Origin: Pecten maximus
Lineage: Eukaryota
Assembly (NCBI RefSeq): GCF_902652985.1
Contig: NC_047017.1
Location: 41,850,001 to 41,914,000 of the forward strand
Reading direction: 5' to 3'
Length of the DNA stretch: 64,000 nt
Below the pieces are notes generated by a model. The model was not told the origin of the DNA and ran no database searches. It saw only the letters and a program-made list of their open reading frames with translations. Every line of letters begins with the position of its first letter. Position 1 is the first letter of the stretch. Shown here in pieces: positions 12,133 through 24,127 of this stretch. The translations under genes were made by a program, and so were the position numbers.

Positions 12133-14005
12133 GAATCAACACGCCACTACTACAACACATACACATGCACCTTTGATAGTATTCACACTTCCTTGTATGC
12201 AAACACTTTAATTTTCCCGTCTTTACCTATAAACCATTTCAGTACATTTTTGAGGTAAGATAAGAGCCTCAAAGATTATGATCATTGTTCTTTTTCTAAT
12301 AATTCTTTGAATCATTCTTATTCGTTTTTGACATTATCATTTATATAAACACTATAGCTTTTATAGCAATACCGTTTTAATTAATTAATCCATTTACTTA
12401 TACGTTCATTTAATTACATATGCATTCATTTCATATATCATGTTTCATAATTTTATCTAGCTACTATATATTCAAAATAATATGATCATGATCTACTTAT
12501 ACTGTTTTCTTTTTCGTTATTTTGTCCACATTGCTTAATTACTTACTAATAGTATTTTAACTTTTGCGTGTATGAGAAACTTTTATCGTATTTCATATAA
12601 TTTCGACATTTCCAAATATACCATTTACAAGAGAGTAGAGCAGCAAAGAGAAGAACGGACAAATTAGCATTTCCTTTATATCCCCGAAACACAGTTTCTA
12701 ATACGTTAACATAAGAATTCCTTACGTAGCAGACATACATATAGGGAAAGGCTGACATGTGATTATTTTTGAGGGAATTAAAAATAAAACTAGCAAGTAA
12801 ATATAGAGCCACTGGACTGATAAATGATACACGTTAACAGCTGATAAACAAGTGCATATATAGGGGATTGAAGGCAATAATATTCGTGAACACATATTGA
12901 TTTTTAAATTTTAACATTTTGCTGCACTAAGGTTCTCTAAAGCGTGATGACGCACGGACATTATAATATACATTAGCCGATCCCACTGATGTACTCTTGA
13001 GAACGTTTTACTTACGAACATTATAGCATACCTTGTCCATTCGCATTAACATACTCCAGAGCCTTTTTGACGTCGTCATCTTTAGTGACATCAAGCTTGA
13101 TCACATGAAGCCGGTCCGACTGACGTGCCTGTAAAACTTTGGCCCCCGGACTCTCCTTACTGAGGACCCCGGCATACACTGTATACCCTCTGTCATCTAG
13201 TCGCTTCGCAAGAATGTGACCAAATCCTAACAGCACATTAACCAACATTGAGTACAAAAAATGAATTAACAACTTAATTATTAAACAATGACAAAATCAC
13301 AATAACACATTTATGACTCTGACAATAGAAACATACACATACATTATACTGCCATTTTCAATTATAGATTAGTTATATATTGTCAACATTTGAAGAAATG
13401 TTTTTTTGTCAAATCGATGTTCATCATACAATAGATCAGATTTAAACATTTATGATTGCTTTTGGTAGATGTTCAATATATTTCACGTCCTTTATTCATG
13501 TGTAGAACACAATGCAAGAAAAACCTTAACCTCCAAATAAAACTGACAGAGCTACCCTATATAGTTCAATTCATTGATTCTTTATCTGTCACCCGAGTAA
13601 TGAAATAATAAAGGAAGCCATTAAATGCAAGGCGCAAAGTAGTTACCACGTCATCACGTTTATAAAAATTAAGATAAATTCAAAAAAAAAAAAAAAAAAA
13701 ATCAGTGGGTTTCAGTATCAGTGAATACGTCACAAATGGATGTAAATCGCACTTACCCTGACAAGTGAGAAGTAAAATCTGTTATTCTGTGTTATTCGGA
13801 TTCTGTGTACTGCCTTACCTGTATCACAACCCGTGATGACCACGCCTTTTCTGCCGATGTCCAACTTCTGCCGCAAATTGTTTCTGGCCAGTCTTAATAC
13901 AAAGACGACCAATGAGATGACCAGCAAATATCTCAAATTAGTATACACAAAATATATATTTAGTAGAATAAGACATAAGGCAGATATGTTCTCTAACGAC
14001 ACCAT
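9609..14005 (-). CDS. SDR paralog B, intact, 353 aa, BDH1/BDH1L-like membrane-anchored dehydrogenase
   Basis: Exons 14005-13819, 13226-13032, 11639-11487, 10618-10425, 10166-9924, 9698-9609; all GT-AG and phase-consistent (1062 nt). Motifs TGCDTGFG, NNAG, catalytic S (NMSSV), YSVTK, EPGQF; ends MTGCGSFTR*. Confidence 0.93.
12099..12128. repeat. (TC)n microsatellite
   Basis: Direct reading. Confidence 0.95.
12546..12720 (-). mobile_element. Probable 3' fragment of an L1/Tx1-type non-LTR retrotransposon in intron 2 of SDR B
   Basis: LLSCKWYIWKCRN resembles the K..IW..RN C-terminal motif of L1/Tx1 ORF2; the segment is absent from paralogous introns. Confidence 0.45.
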
Positions 14006-14499
14006 AATGGAGTAAGGGGCGCTGATAAGTATGTCTGAAAGAACAGATAGGGACTTGTTTAGAGCACGATAGGTAGCACATACATACTAGTAAATTCTGA
14101 CACCGATAACCCAATCGAAGTAGATATATATGTTACTGTCCGTTAATGGGTATGGGTTACGTTAGCGAGTGAACGAGTAGATGATCGCGGGTTTGCCTAC
14201 AATTAAGTGAATTGAACCAATTAAATTATCAGGTTGACAGCGTCAAATAAATATTTCCAGCAATGTCCATCGTACATTTATCGGCAGAATCTAGTAACTT
14301 CATTTCTAAATTGATCCTTGATCTTATATCACGAAAATGTTAAGAGTTGATATATTGGAAGCACATGCGTTTTTTGGTCATCTAGGGTTCATGTTGACTA
14401 TATGTATAGACATTTCTCTCCCATTGTCAGCATTAATTGACTTTCATTCATTAAGTGCCACTGAGATGCAAAATGGTAACCATAAACAAGTTCAATTTT

Positions 14500-15135
14500 A
14501 AACTAGAAATCGTCATTGACAATTTGACGGACTTTTCGTACCTCTGATGAACTTAAATTAGAAAGGATCTTCATGACCTTGCATGAAGTTCATCCATATC
14601 AACGAAATTGGTTCTTTAGAAGATGCCGTTTAAATGTTTTATCTATTTGACAACTATCACCTTGAATGTAAAACAAGGTAATTCATTTGAACAAGCTTGG
14701 TATTCCTTCATCCTAGCATACTACATGATCAGTATCAATTCCCTGGTATGTTTTAAATTTAAAGCATATTTAACCCCTGTGACCTTGAGTGTAGGTCAGG
14801 GTAATAATTTTGAACCAAATTGGTATCACGGCACCCAAGTATGTTGCAGACAAAGTATCACTTCCCCGGGCCTCTTGATAATTGAAATGTCGTTTAAAAA
14901 GTTCAGCCTATTTGACTCCTATGACCTTGATAGTAGGTCAAGTCATGCATATACGATTGGTAGCCCTTCACCAAAGTATGCTACTGACATAATATCAATT
15001 CCCTAGGTCTCTTTGTTATTGAGATGAAATCGTTTTAATATTTAAGCCTGTTTGACCCCTCTGACCTAAAATGTAGGTCGATGTCATTCAATTGACCAAA
15101 TATAGTAGCCCTTCCCTCAAGCATTCTACATGCCT
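14500..15135. mobile_element. Non-autonomous Helentron/HINE-like element with about four diverged 125-140-bp internal units
   Basis: Units start near 14629, 14752, 14893 and 15033, each with TGACCTTGA..GTAGGTCA-like motifs; element begins AACTAGAAAT. Family assignment is from resemblance only. Confidence 0.5.
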
Positions 15136-15436
15136 TTCTCGAAAACCTCACACAGAAAATTAAAAAAAGAGTCAATTTTCTACTATTTTACCTGCGAATG
15201 ACATTTGAGAAAGGATAGACTATTTGTTGGAAAATGTCGGTTATTCCGCGACGACAACAGTCTTAAAAACAACAAGAGAAAAATAAAGTTTCTTTTAGAA
15301 TATTTAATTCATAATATCTATCTGAAGTTTTGAAACATCTCTTATCACACATAAGTGTTAGCCACGTTTATCTGTATATTAGATATTTATATTGATGTTT
15401 TTAACTTTTAACATTATCAGAGATATTTCGGGGACA

Positions 15437-18400
15437 TCAAAGTGTAAACGATCCACATCCGGTCATCTTCTCAATGATCCAATCCGAAATAAATTCGGGA
15501 AGAATGTTATAGACTTTGGCAAGAATCTGTAAATATAACAAGTAAAATAGTTTTTATTTTTAGAACCTTTTACATAGTGTAGTTTTCTATTAACCCATCA
15601 TATAACTTACAACATAAAGCCTGTTATTCACTTTGCTGCATTACGTTCTGTAAATCACATGACATTGCAATTAACATCATGTAGTTTCAGGAAGACGTAT
15701 AACTTTTATGGTCCATTTCCATTTGGATTAAAAAGAATTGCATGTACAGTTGTGCGGAATAGAAAGTCAGCTGTAATAAGACATTGGATGGTGTTTATCT
15801 CACCACTAGCTTGTCCTATGATAGAGAAGGAGCCTCCTATCATATAGCGGGCCTGTGGTGTTACGTTAATGAGGGAGTCCTCTATAGCGTTAATGACTGG
15901 ATCTGCTGACATGGTCCGGCCTACATTTGTTTCTATTTCCTTCACCATCTCGTAGATAGCATCAAAGTATGGACGTCCGTAGGTCTGTCTGACGTTGTCA
16001 GATGCCTGTTCCCACATGTAGTCTATCTCCTTCTTTAATCGCTTCAGCTGTTCAATATTAGAATATTATATTCGTTATTTTTCTACTCAAGTATACCTTG
16101 ACAATATGTAACTGCAAAATAATACCCATTATTTTTGTGATTTACGTCACATCGATTACTGTGGAAAACATGTTTTAATACTTTATTTCGATATCTATTT
16201 ATTATCAAATTATTACAGTAATAGGAACGGAAACGTTTGTTATCAATAGAGGTAATTTCAATGAGATTAACTAAATCAGCTACAAACATATCCATATAAC
16301 CAAAACAAACGAGGTCACCTGTTCTGGACCACATACAGATGTGGCTGCACTAAATTGTCCAGGTTCAATAATTGAGACGTTGACACCATACTTCTTCATT
16401 TCAAGTCTGAGAGAGTCACTCAGAGTCTCTATACCATATTTGGTAACACTGTACACAGAACAACTTGGCCAGGAAAACCGACCCCTCACGCTGGACATGT
16501 TGACAATCCGACCTGCATAAATAAAACCAAACCTGATATTCATTTTTGTGAAAGGAAATATTGACATCATGACATGGTTCTGGCGCTTATTTATTGCGGG
16601 ACCAAATTACTTAAAATCGCTTTTATCTATTTCTCAATGTGTATTCTAAACTAAAAAATGCTTCATGCATTGAATAATCCTCTCTACACTTAAGTCGTGC
16701 AACTTAACAGTCTGTTTGAGCGAGACTGTAGTTCAAACCTCGAGTTATAGGTACAGGTTGTCTATGATGAGATACTACATTGGATGGAACTGTTTCCGAA
16801 TATTAATGCTTAACTGCTCAGTATAGGGAGACAAATTAACATTTATTCTAAATGAAACCTTAGTGCGACATGATAAAACAATCATACGGTAATGTTTACT
16901 TTGATTTATTTAAGGGACACACTTAAACCGATTTATAAAGTTATATATCTAGTAAACAACTGCTACCGGATGCAATTAATAATTTTTAGTAAATCCACAG
17001 TGAAATAAAATTTGGCAACAAATTGTCAATAATTTTCAGAACACTGGCGTCCATATGTTTTCAATTCTTAACATGTAAACACTTGACTGCCCTTTTTTCT
17101 TAGTACACATACATTTTTTTGGTTTTCTACTTGTCATTAGAATGATTATACATAAAGCAAAATATCTTAATACAACCATTTAATTAAGACGTCCGAAAAT
17201 AAGTTTGAGCTTCAGATTAATAATCTCCTTTTATTATAATTATTGCTTTATCTTTTTCATTCATTTCAAGACTAAATATGTTGATATACCGAGCATATCA
17301 GTTACCTTTACCACTCCTGAACAATAGAAGCCAACCCTTGTTTAACATAATCTTCCTAACAATATGAACCTTCAAAATGTTTGATATTCAAAATATATGT
17401 TTATCATATAAACATTTACCTTTAGACTTCCTGATAAGTGGGAGGAATGCCTTGATGACTCGGATCATGCCGTATAGATTAACCTCGGCACATTTCTTGT
17501 ATTGTTCCACAGTAGCTAACTCGACGTCACCAGAAAAATAGATTCCTGCATTGTTGACAATGGCCCATAATCCTGATAAAACACGAGTTAGATAATTGTT
17601 ACTACCTACATGTATGTACTGCTAGTGTATATAACGTTAGAGAAACCCTCTATACCAGGATAGAGATTTACTCAGTCAAACCTTGTCTGATCTCACTGAT
17701 GTAATTATGTTAGACCTTGTCCGGTCCATTGATGTACTTTAGCGGGCGTTTGGCATACGAATTTTAAGGGGCATCTAAACAGCAAATCCAGCCAAAACAG
17801 TTGATATTTAACAAGGCTATAAATCCCTACTAGAGTGCAATTTAATAGAAGTAACTTGATACAATTTTGATATGTATCGAGTCAAACTGTGGGCCTTGTT
17901 GTTGACATCTAATTTGTTCAGTTGTTTGTAAATTTCAACAAAACATCAGAAAAATGTATGTTTCAGGGGGACATAATTAACTCATTTGTATCGCATTTAT
18001 TGTGCAAAACAGTCATGTCTTTTTGCTCACAAGAGTCTAAAGCACAAAGTAGGAACATTGGTTTGACTAGATTTGGCTTTATGATATGTATTAACACTGA
18101 TTTTATTTTGACCTTGAAATGCAAATGGCGGTTGTGAATAATATCACACAATTATGGCATATAAGAAGGTATTTCAAACGTCAAATATGCTCTTATTAGA
18201 TACTATAAAGAACTCTAGACATGGCAGGAAGACTGTTTTTAGGAAAAATTGTTCCTCCGTTCAGTTTGGGGTAAAAGATATATATTTCTGAAAAAGGCCC
18301 AAAACTCACCAGTTTGACAATTTGTCTTAAAAAGGTCATTCTTACTATAATCAGATGTCTGAAAAGTATGATATAGAAGCATTATTAATGGTTGAAATGC

Positions 18401-21400
18401 CCCCCTTTATGCCATATTTGTGTAATATCATCCACAGCCGCCATTTGCATTTCAAGGTCAAAACAAAAGATGTGTTTATACCTACATAAAGTCAAATCCG
18501 GTCAAGCAAATGCTCCTACCATGTGCTATAGACACTTGTGAGCATGACAGCTGGGCTATTTTTCATTTTTGGTTATATTTGTGACTTAGAATTATTCCAT
18601 GCTACAACGTACCACAAAGTAACTCTATAGAAGAAATTGTTAACATCTGCATCAAATTAGTTGTGATTTTAAGACACTACATGTCATAACAAACATTTTG
18701 GTATATTATATGACTATTTTTGTGCAAATTTTAATATATTTATTCGTGTTTAAAATTCAACATTATTCTGCTATATAGATGACCCTTAAATGATACCTTG
18801 TCCGGTGCCACGGAGTACTCTAGAGTACTCTATTATCGACCTACGGACATTACGTTATACCTCGACTGGTCCCAGTTAAGTACTTAAGAGCATCTTTGTA
18901 GTACGGATGTTATATTATACCTTGTCCAATCGCATTAACATGCTCAAGAGCCTTTTGGACGTCGTCGTCTTTCGTGACATCAAGCTTGATCACATGAAGC
19001 CGGTCCGATTGACGTGCCTGTAACACAACGGCCCCCGGACTCTCCTTACTGAGGACCCCGGCATACACTGTATACCCTCTGTCGTATAGTCGCTTCGCAA
19101 GAATGTGACCAAATCCTAACAACATATTAACCAACACTGAGTAGAGAAATAAATTAATATATAATACAAAAATAAATAAAAAGGGGCCCCGATTTACAAT
19201 GCAAACTCACACTAACACATTTATGACTCTGCAAATAAAGAATTACACATAAAGTATACTGTCATTATGAATTATGGATGAGTTATATTTTCATTAAATT
19301 AGTTTCATAATACAATAAAGAACGTCAATCATAAGACTCATACGAAATATCTTTGTATATGTAAGATTCAACCCGAGTTTCAAAAATGAGTTGCAAAACG
19401 GAGTCTTGAACATTTTGTGATTCCGAAGATAGAATATACGTATCGTTCAAACACACATAAAAGAGTCTTTTTGTCTCATATCACTACAAAACTTCTCGTA
19501 TAAGCTATCTCTTGACCATTTATTTTCTTCATTTTTAAAATTTCTATATTTGGCATTTTATTTGGGCCTTTCTGTGGCCAATCATTGATAAGCCTAATAT
19601 TTCAGCTATTCTAAACAACATGTTTTTCTGGGCTCATATAATTAACGTGGGTCAAAGGTCACAGGGCGTAAAATGCAAGTGCTACCAAGTATCGTCAGAA
19701 TCAGATACATGTTACTTATAAGCTACTGTGGTGCTATCAGTTGCACTCTGTCACTCCATTTGCCTCAGCCTTCAGGCCCTTAAGTCGGGTTTAACTAGAT
19801 TTTTCTACCTTGTTTAATTAGACTTGTGGTTCACGAATGAGGTTGATTAGATCTGAAAATCTACTATGTTCTCCGTCATTAGACAACTAGGATTCCAAAG
19901 GGTCAATCATTTGTTTTGATCCCAATGCGGGGCAGGAATACCCTTGAAAATCTATAACTGGGTGATTTTTTTGAAGTGTCTCGGTCATTTTTCCACCAAA
20001 ACTGACAAGACTTTAAGTGCTGTCATCGAGACCTATTTTTTCCAGTTTCTTTACATTATTGTCAAACTGTGTCTCTAAACCTGACACGCATTTAACAGAA
20101 ACTTCAAAAATATCTATTTTACTCCAATATTGAATTTATATTAGCCCGAAAAATGAAACTTGCATTTGACTTCTTGTGAACTTTGACCGCTTGAGCCAAA
20201 AAAAAAATAAGAAAAATTCTGATGTTTGGAATAACATACCATATGCAGCTGACATTGAAGTATCTTCCTGCATAACATTAGCCTAATCACTGAATGACCG
20301 CAGAAGGCTCCTATTGGCATCCCTCCTTTCATTCCTTCAATTATTAACGAATGTAAAAATTTAACTTGACTTGTCCATGACACATTGTCAACTTCTGAGA
20401 GAAAAAAAACCCAACACTTTGAAACACCAATGAGGAAATACGTTTTCCAATTTTACATACAAAATTTCAGGCCCCTGTGTTGAATTGTACGGAATCATTT
20501 TCACGGTTTTTTTTTTGTTTTTGTTTTTTGTTTGTTTGACATTTGGTTAAAAAACATTTTTTGATGTTTTTAATGTAACGTCGAATCATTGCCCGGTGGT
20601 TGTGTGAGGGTAAGTTAGTCTACTGTATTATTACAGTAGGCCTGTACACTAACAGCGATATTTTGCCCTAAATCTCTTATAGTTTTACCTTATAGTCTTA
20701 TCTTATCGTATCTTTTATTTTAGCCCCAAAGGATCAGGTGTGCTAAACTTGGCATGCTGCCATATATCGACAAGATCTCGGACGAGTTTGAAAATGGGAA
20801 TTTTATTTTTCAAAGATTTGTATAAAATTGTGCAATTTTGTAGAAAATGGACTACTCTTTCAGCCATTTAACTGGTATCAATTTTCTCTGTTTAATTTCA
20901 AAATAATTATTTCCCCTGCTCCATGAACATTTTATAACCTTTTTTAGATGTCACTTTCTTTTTTATAATCTACCAAAATGGCGTCATCAAAAAATTTGCC
21001 CTCCAATTAAATTTTAATTTCTCAAAAACGGAAATTATTTCAATATCATGAGGTGAAAGAGTTAATTTTCGATTTCAGTTGCGAAATAAGATCTCACATT
21101 TCAAAGAAAAAAGTTTTAAATTCAATGAAATACAAAGGAAATAGAACAAAAGTTGCCATGTTAATGGCACGTGGTTGTAAACCGCGTTTGCGACAGGCAG
21201 AATGTGAGTTAACGGGAGACAACTCGTTGAAACAAATTTAGTATTTGTTTAATTTAATAAAGCTTTCGAAAAACGTTGCAGAGTTTGGGGCCTGTATGTT
21301 CGTGTCGATTGTTTCCTTTTTTTCAAATAAACACACAATAAAAAACGGACGTGTCCGAAGCTGCACCAGGCTAGATATAAGTTATGCATCTGAAACAGTT

Positions 21401-22155
21401 CCAAATCTTGATTCGAGATTGTAAAATTCACCTGTGAGGCGCCCGACAGGGTTTTGGACAGCTATATTCGACTCGCGGGAGCACCGATTTAGACATATAA
21501 GAGGTGTTTTAACCAGTTAGCTGGTAGGGAAAAATGGTCGTATAATAATGAAGGATGCTGTTGAAGGTAAATGCCAAGTAGGTCAAATCATAGTATTCAC
21601 CTCCTCAATTGATATAAAGAATATTGCACTCTTCAGAAAGCCGAATGGGAAATAATATCATTCACCCAACAAGGTATGTAACTCACCTTAAAGAATGAAG
21701 AAACATTTCATTCATTACAACTCGTATCATTCATTATAACAAATGTATCACGCATTTTTAAGGAAACCCTCGATGTCAATCATGTTATTGTCACCAAAGA
21801 TCTCATGATGTAGATAAGGCGATATGACGCCAACATGCACTCTCAAGTACATTTGTAACCCCACTCACACCCTATCTCTATCCTACCATTACATGTGGAC
21901 ATCACATATTTGGAAATTAAAACATATCTTCTATTTCGTGCTATTGTGAGTTATGTGTACTGTCTTACCTGTATCACAACCTGTGATGACAACAACTTTA
22001 CGGCCGATGTCAAGCTTCTGCCGGAATGTGTGTCTGGTCAGTCTCAATACAATGAAGATCAGCGGAATGACAATCACATGTAACCAGTAAACATACACAA
22101 AATACACATTCAGTAAGATAAAACATAAAACACACGTGTACTCTACCGACAACAT
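15437..22155 (-). pseudogene. SDR paralog C; six exons, but a +1 frameshift at the end of exon 5 (C-terminally truncated allele, pseudogene or sequencing error)
   Basis: Exons 22155-21969, 19115-18921, 17572-17420, 16512-16319, 16047-15804 (244 nt vs 243 in B/E), 15526-15437. Catalytic motifs intact (TGCDTGFG, NNAG, YSVTK). Confidence 0.75.
17768..18785. mobile_element. Kolobok-like MITE in intron 2 of SDR C
   Basis: TTAA flanks (17764-17767, 18786-18789), TIRs GGGGCATCTAAACAGC / GCTATATAGATGACCC, and a long internal inverted repeat (~18040-18180 vs ~18390-18530). TTAA TSD with RR...YY ends is the Kolobok signature. Confidence 0.75.
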
Positions 22156-22841
22156 AGTGGAGTAAGGGACGCTCACACGCGGGTCTGAGACAACAGACAG
22201 GGACTAGTTTAGGTCACATTATGTGACAAATACACCGATAACCCTATCAGAACATATATCATTATAACTGTATGTGGCAGGATTTGGGTTACGTGCCCAT
22301 GCCTGCGAGAAGATGAACGAAGGTTTGCCCTCACTTACTTTACTTGACAAGTTCTATATTCAGGCAGACAGCAAGTCAACATTTACATATAAAACAATAC
22401 CCGCTTTATCGTCACATATCTAGTAACTTAATTTCTAAACAATTGGACTTGAACACTTTTGGCCCTATCAGCACTCCAGAATCCACGAAGGACGAATCAC
22501 TTGTAGGATGTAACATAATGGCAGAGATATATCCTTAGGAACTCTGGTCAATGGTTTATTATGTCGAATTAATGAACAATTCAACTATTTAAAGAACTAG
22601 TCACTAACTATTAAAGCATCGAAAACATTTGGAAACATGTTTCCGGTGAGATAAAGAGTAGAAATGAAAAGATTGCCTTGACAACATTTAAAATGTCTAG
22701 GGGACAAAGATGGATAACATCACTCTAGTATCACCAGACCCTATCATTGATGCCAATAAAGAAGCTCTGTATATCGCTGTATTTTGTCTGAAGAACAAGA
22801 AAACACTTCGATTTAGTAGATCTACATAAATATACATTTAA

Positions 22842-23525
22842 GGGACATCTAAATAGCAAATCAAGTACGACAGTGATATTTTACAAGCCTATTTTTTGAA
22901 ATCTGAGGCAATTTAACAGAAGTTAACTGAGCAACTTTTAGTATGTATCATGACAAACCTTGGGCCTGGCTGTTGACATGTAGTTTGTTTAGCTGTTGTA
23001 TTTCACAAGTGTCTAAAGGACAAAATTGGATCATTGGTTTGACCAAATTTTACTTTGTAATATGAAAAAAAGTCCCTTTTTTCACCAGTTAACAATTAGT
23101 CATAAAAAGGTCAATCTTACTATGATCAGATAACTTGAAAGTATGATATAGGAACATTTTTATTGAGTGAAATGTCTTTCCTGATCCCATATTTGTGCTA
23201 TAGTGGTCACAGCCGCTATGTGCGTTTCAAGATGAGAACAGAATACGTGTTTATACGTACATGAAGTCAAATCTGGTCAAACAAATGCTCCTATCATGTG
23301 CTATGGACACTCGTAAGCCGACCAGCATGGCTATTTTTCAGGTTTGATTATTTATGTAACTTTATCTTACCATAAATGAATTCTAGAGAAGAAAATGCGA
23401 GTATCTACAGCAAATTATTAGTGATTTCAGGAAACAAAACAGCTGGTATAGTACATAACAACTTTTGGGCAAATTGTAAATATTTATGTGTTTAGAATTC
23501 AACATCATTCTCCTGTAGATGATCC
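22842..23525. mobile_element. Second, internally deleted copy of the same Kolobok-like MITE
   Basis: TTAA-GGGACATCTAAATAGC start and TAGATGATCC-TGAA end; collinear with 17768-18785. Confidence 0.72.
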
Positions 23526-24127
23526 TGAAGAGAAGAAGTTTCGCTACATTTCACATTCACACATTCCATACTGACGTAATGACGTGATAATTTGCAAACT
23601 TGATACTTAATTTGAAATATCGCATTGTATACGCGAATGAGCGCATGCCCTTGTTAGGTTGTGTTCATCATGTAACATTATTTATTGATTTGAACGTAAC
23701 AAGAACTAAACTGTGTTTCAAGTATATGGCCAATTATAAAACTGTGCCAAGGAAGTATCAAGGGCATGTTTGTAGTATTCTTTAGAGGCTGTCCTGAACT
23801 TTCTCAGAAACATCAAAAAGTAAAACTGCAGAAAAGCATTCCCTTCAAAAGGTGTTCATACTCGGTCTCTGTAGTTATATTACTGTATCATTGGATAACA
23901 CTTTAAAAGATAGATGATATATCTTTGAACAAATGAACAAACACAACAAAATCGACAACAGAACCTTATATTTATACTTATGTTATCGTGCTGAATAAAA
24001 CATTACATTAAATGTTTTCATTGAGAGTTGTTAATATAAAAAAAAATAAGAGTCCTCTTTTATAAACATTCAAATTATTGGTAAGCAACGATCAAGAGGC
24101 TGTCACCGGGAAACGGTCGATATTCTG

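Noticed and set aside
9609-14005. Assigning the gene symbol BDH1
   Set aside because: Similarity to BDH1 is clear, but the membrane-anchor N-terminus and lineage-specific expansion mean orthology cannot be claimed without a tree.
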